Positions 62,911-64,000 of a DNA stretch of 64,000 bases are shown one piece after another. Numbering within the stretch: the first letter of the stretch is position 1; each line of letters begins with the position of its first letter. The translations under genes and the position numbers were made by a program. The notes under the pieces are model-generated. The model was given only the letters and a program-made list of their open reading frames with translations. It was not told the origin of the DNA and did no database searches. Source of the DNA: Nemertoderma westbladi (lineage: Eukaryota; Animalia; Xenacoelomorpha); contig JAUCBJ010000486.1 in the NCBI GenBank assembly GCA_032718475.1, positions 1-64,000 on the forward strand, written 5' to 3'.

Positions 62911-64000
62911 ATGATATATAGATCACAATTTTAAACGGATCGTGATATATCGAAGGTACATATGCCATACAATAGGCGCACCACAATGCCATACCACTAT
63001 ATAGTGTTTTGTTTCACGTTGCAAAATGTTTTTTTTTTCAACAAATGAGCAGCTACCAAGATTTAACCAGGAAGAAACCTGTCAAATTAGGCCTATTTAT
63101 AATATGAGTGGGCCTACAGTAGGCCTTGGTACATAGTTTCAGTAAATAGTGATTGTGAACGACTTTCCCTAATTCACTTTCACTACATGTTGTCATACAA
63201 TATAGTAGTATTAAGTATTCCTCCGTATTTTTCCAAAATAATAACTTTATATGTGTTTAAGAACGTGCGCGAAATAGCTCAATGTCCGCGTCTACTAACG
63301 CATAAACAGTCTCCTTTAATGGCTTACTACCAATCTTTTAACCAAAAAAAATTCGCCATAAAAGGGGGATGTACTCGGTACCTATAGATTCCAAATCCCA
63401 CGCTCTACCAACTTTGCCATTGCGCCGTAGGAAGCCTTATGAAACCTAACTAGAAATTGACAGCAACACCACCACCACGCACCATCCACAACAACGGCGT
63501 GGGTGCTAGAGGTCTCCCTATGCAGACCTTAAAACCTGTAATTATAAATCACAACCTGAATATAAATATTATGTCAAAAACGACAATATAGCCGTTCTAA
63601 GTAAATAGTTAAATTACTGTAACTTAAATTAAACCCATTAATTAACACAATTAGCATTAGTTCTACTGTACTGTACCAGTAGTATCATCATTAGTAACGC
63701 GAAGTCATGTAAGTCCCATAGAAACCTCTAACCAGAAATGTACGTGCAGTAGGTCCCTACTGTATACCGATAGTATATGCAGAGTCTGTAAAGTAGGATA
63801 TTATTTGGTGCAACTACTGTACTGTATGAAAGGTTTTAATTTTTAGAATTACTTTAGTTAATAATTTATTTTGAATAATTAATAATAAATTATTCCAATG
63901 AAAACTCCATTTACAGTAAATTAATAAATTCATCCAAGGGTAGAAAAAAGTGTAAATATGGCCAGGCCACCTTACACGTGTGTGTACTGTATACTAAACA

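Noticed and set aside
63370-63430. tRNA gene candidates here, at 54480-54550 and at 48240-48300
   Set aside because: Only partial A/B boxes and no complete cloverleaf; treated as SINE-like debris.

Overview
AT-rich, transposon-rich metazoan (probably invertebrate) genomic DNA. Host genes: three conserved single-exon CDSs (PAGR1-like 16047-16880, CAB39/MO25 52245-53267, EXOSC1/CSL4 57464-58072), an orphan SGNH/GDSL esterase ORF (8040-8744, minus) and a probable terminal exon of a secreted Cys-rich peptide precursor (61839-62027, minus). The centre (17525-42348) is a nest of elements. A decayed BEL/Pao LTR retrotransposon (A, minus, TSD TAATC) is interrupted by a much younger, oppositely oriented BEL/Pao element (B, 23932-38116, TSD TCTTC, LTRs nearly identical). 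B keeps an intact 1695-aa Gag-protease ORF but has lost RT and integrase, and it carries a piggyBac relic. The most notable signal: neither element has a tRNA-type PBS. In both, the 12 nt at the PBS position are perfectly complementary to a 12-mer inside the element's own LTR and are followed 4 nt later by a hairpin. This suggests tRNA-independent, Tf1-like self-priming in the BEL/Pao superfamily. The rest of the window is a 3.7-kb 32-bp satellite, minisatellites, RTE-like LINE fragments and many MITEs. All calls are by eye; no database searches or folding programs were run.
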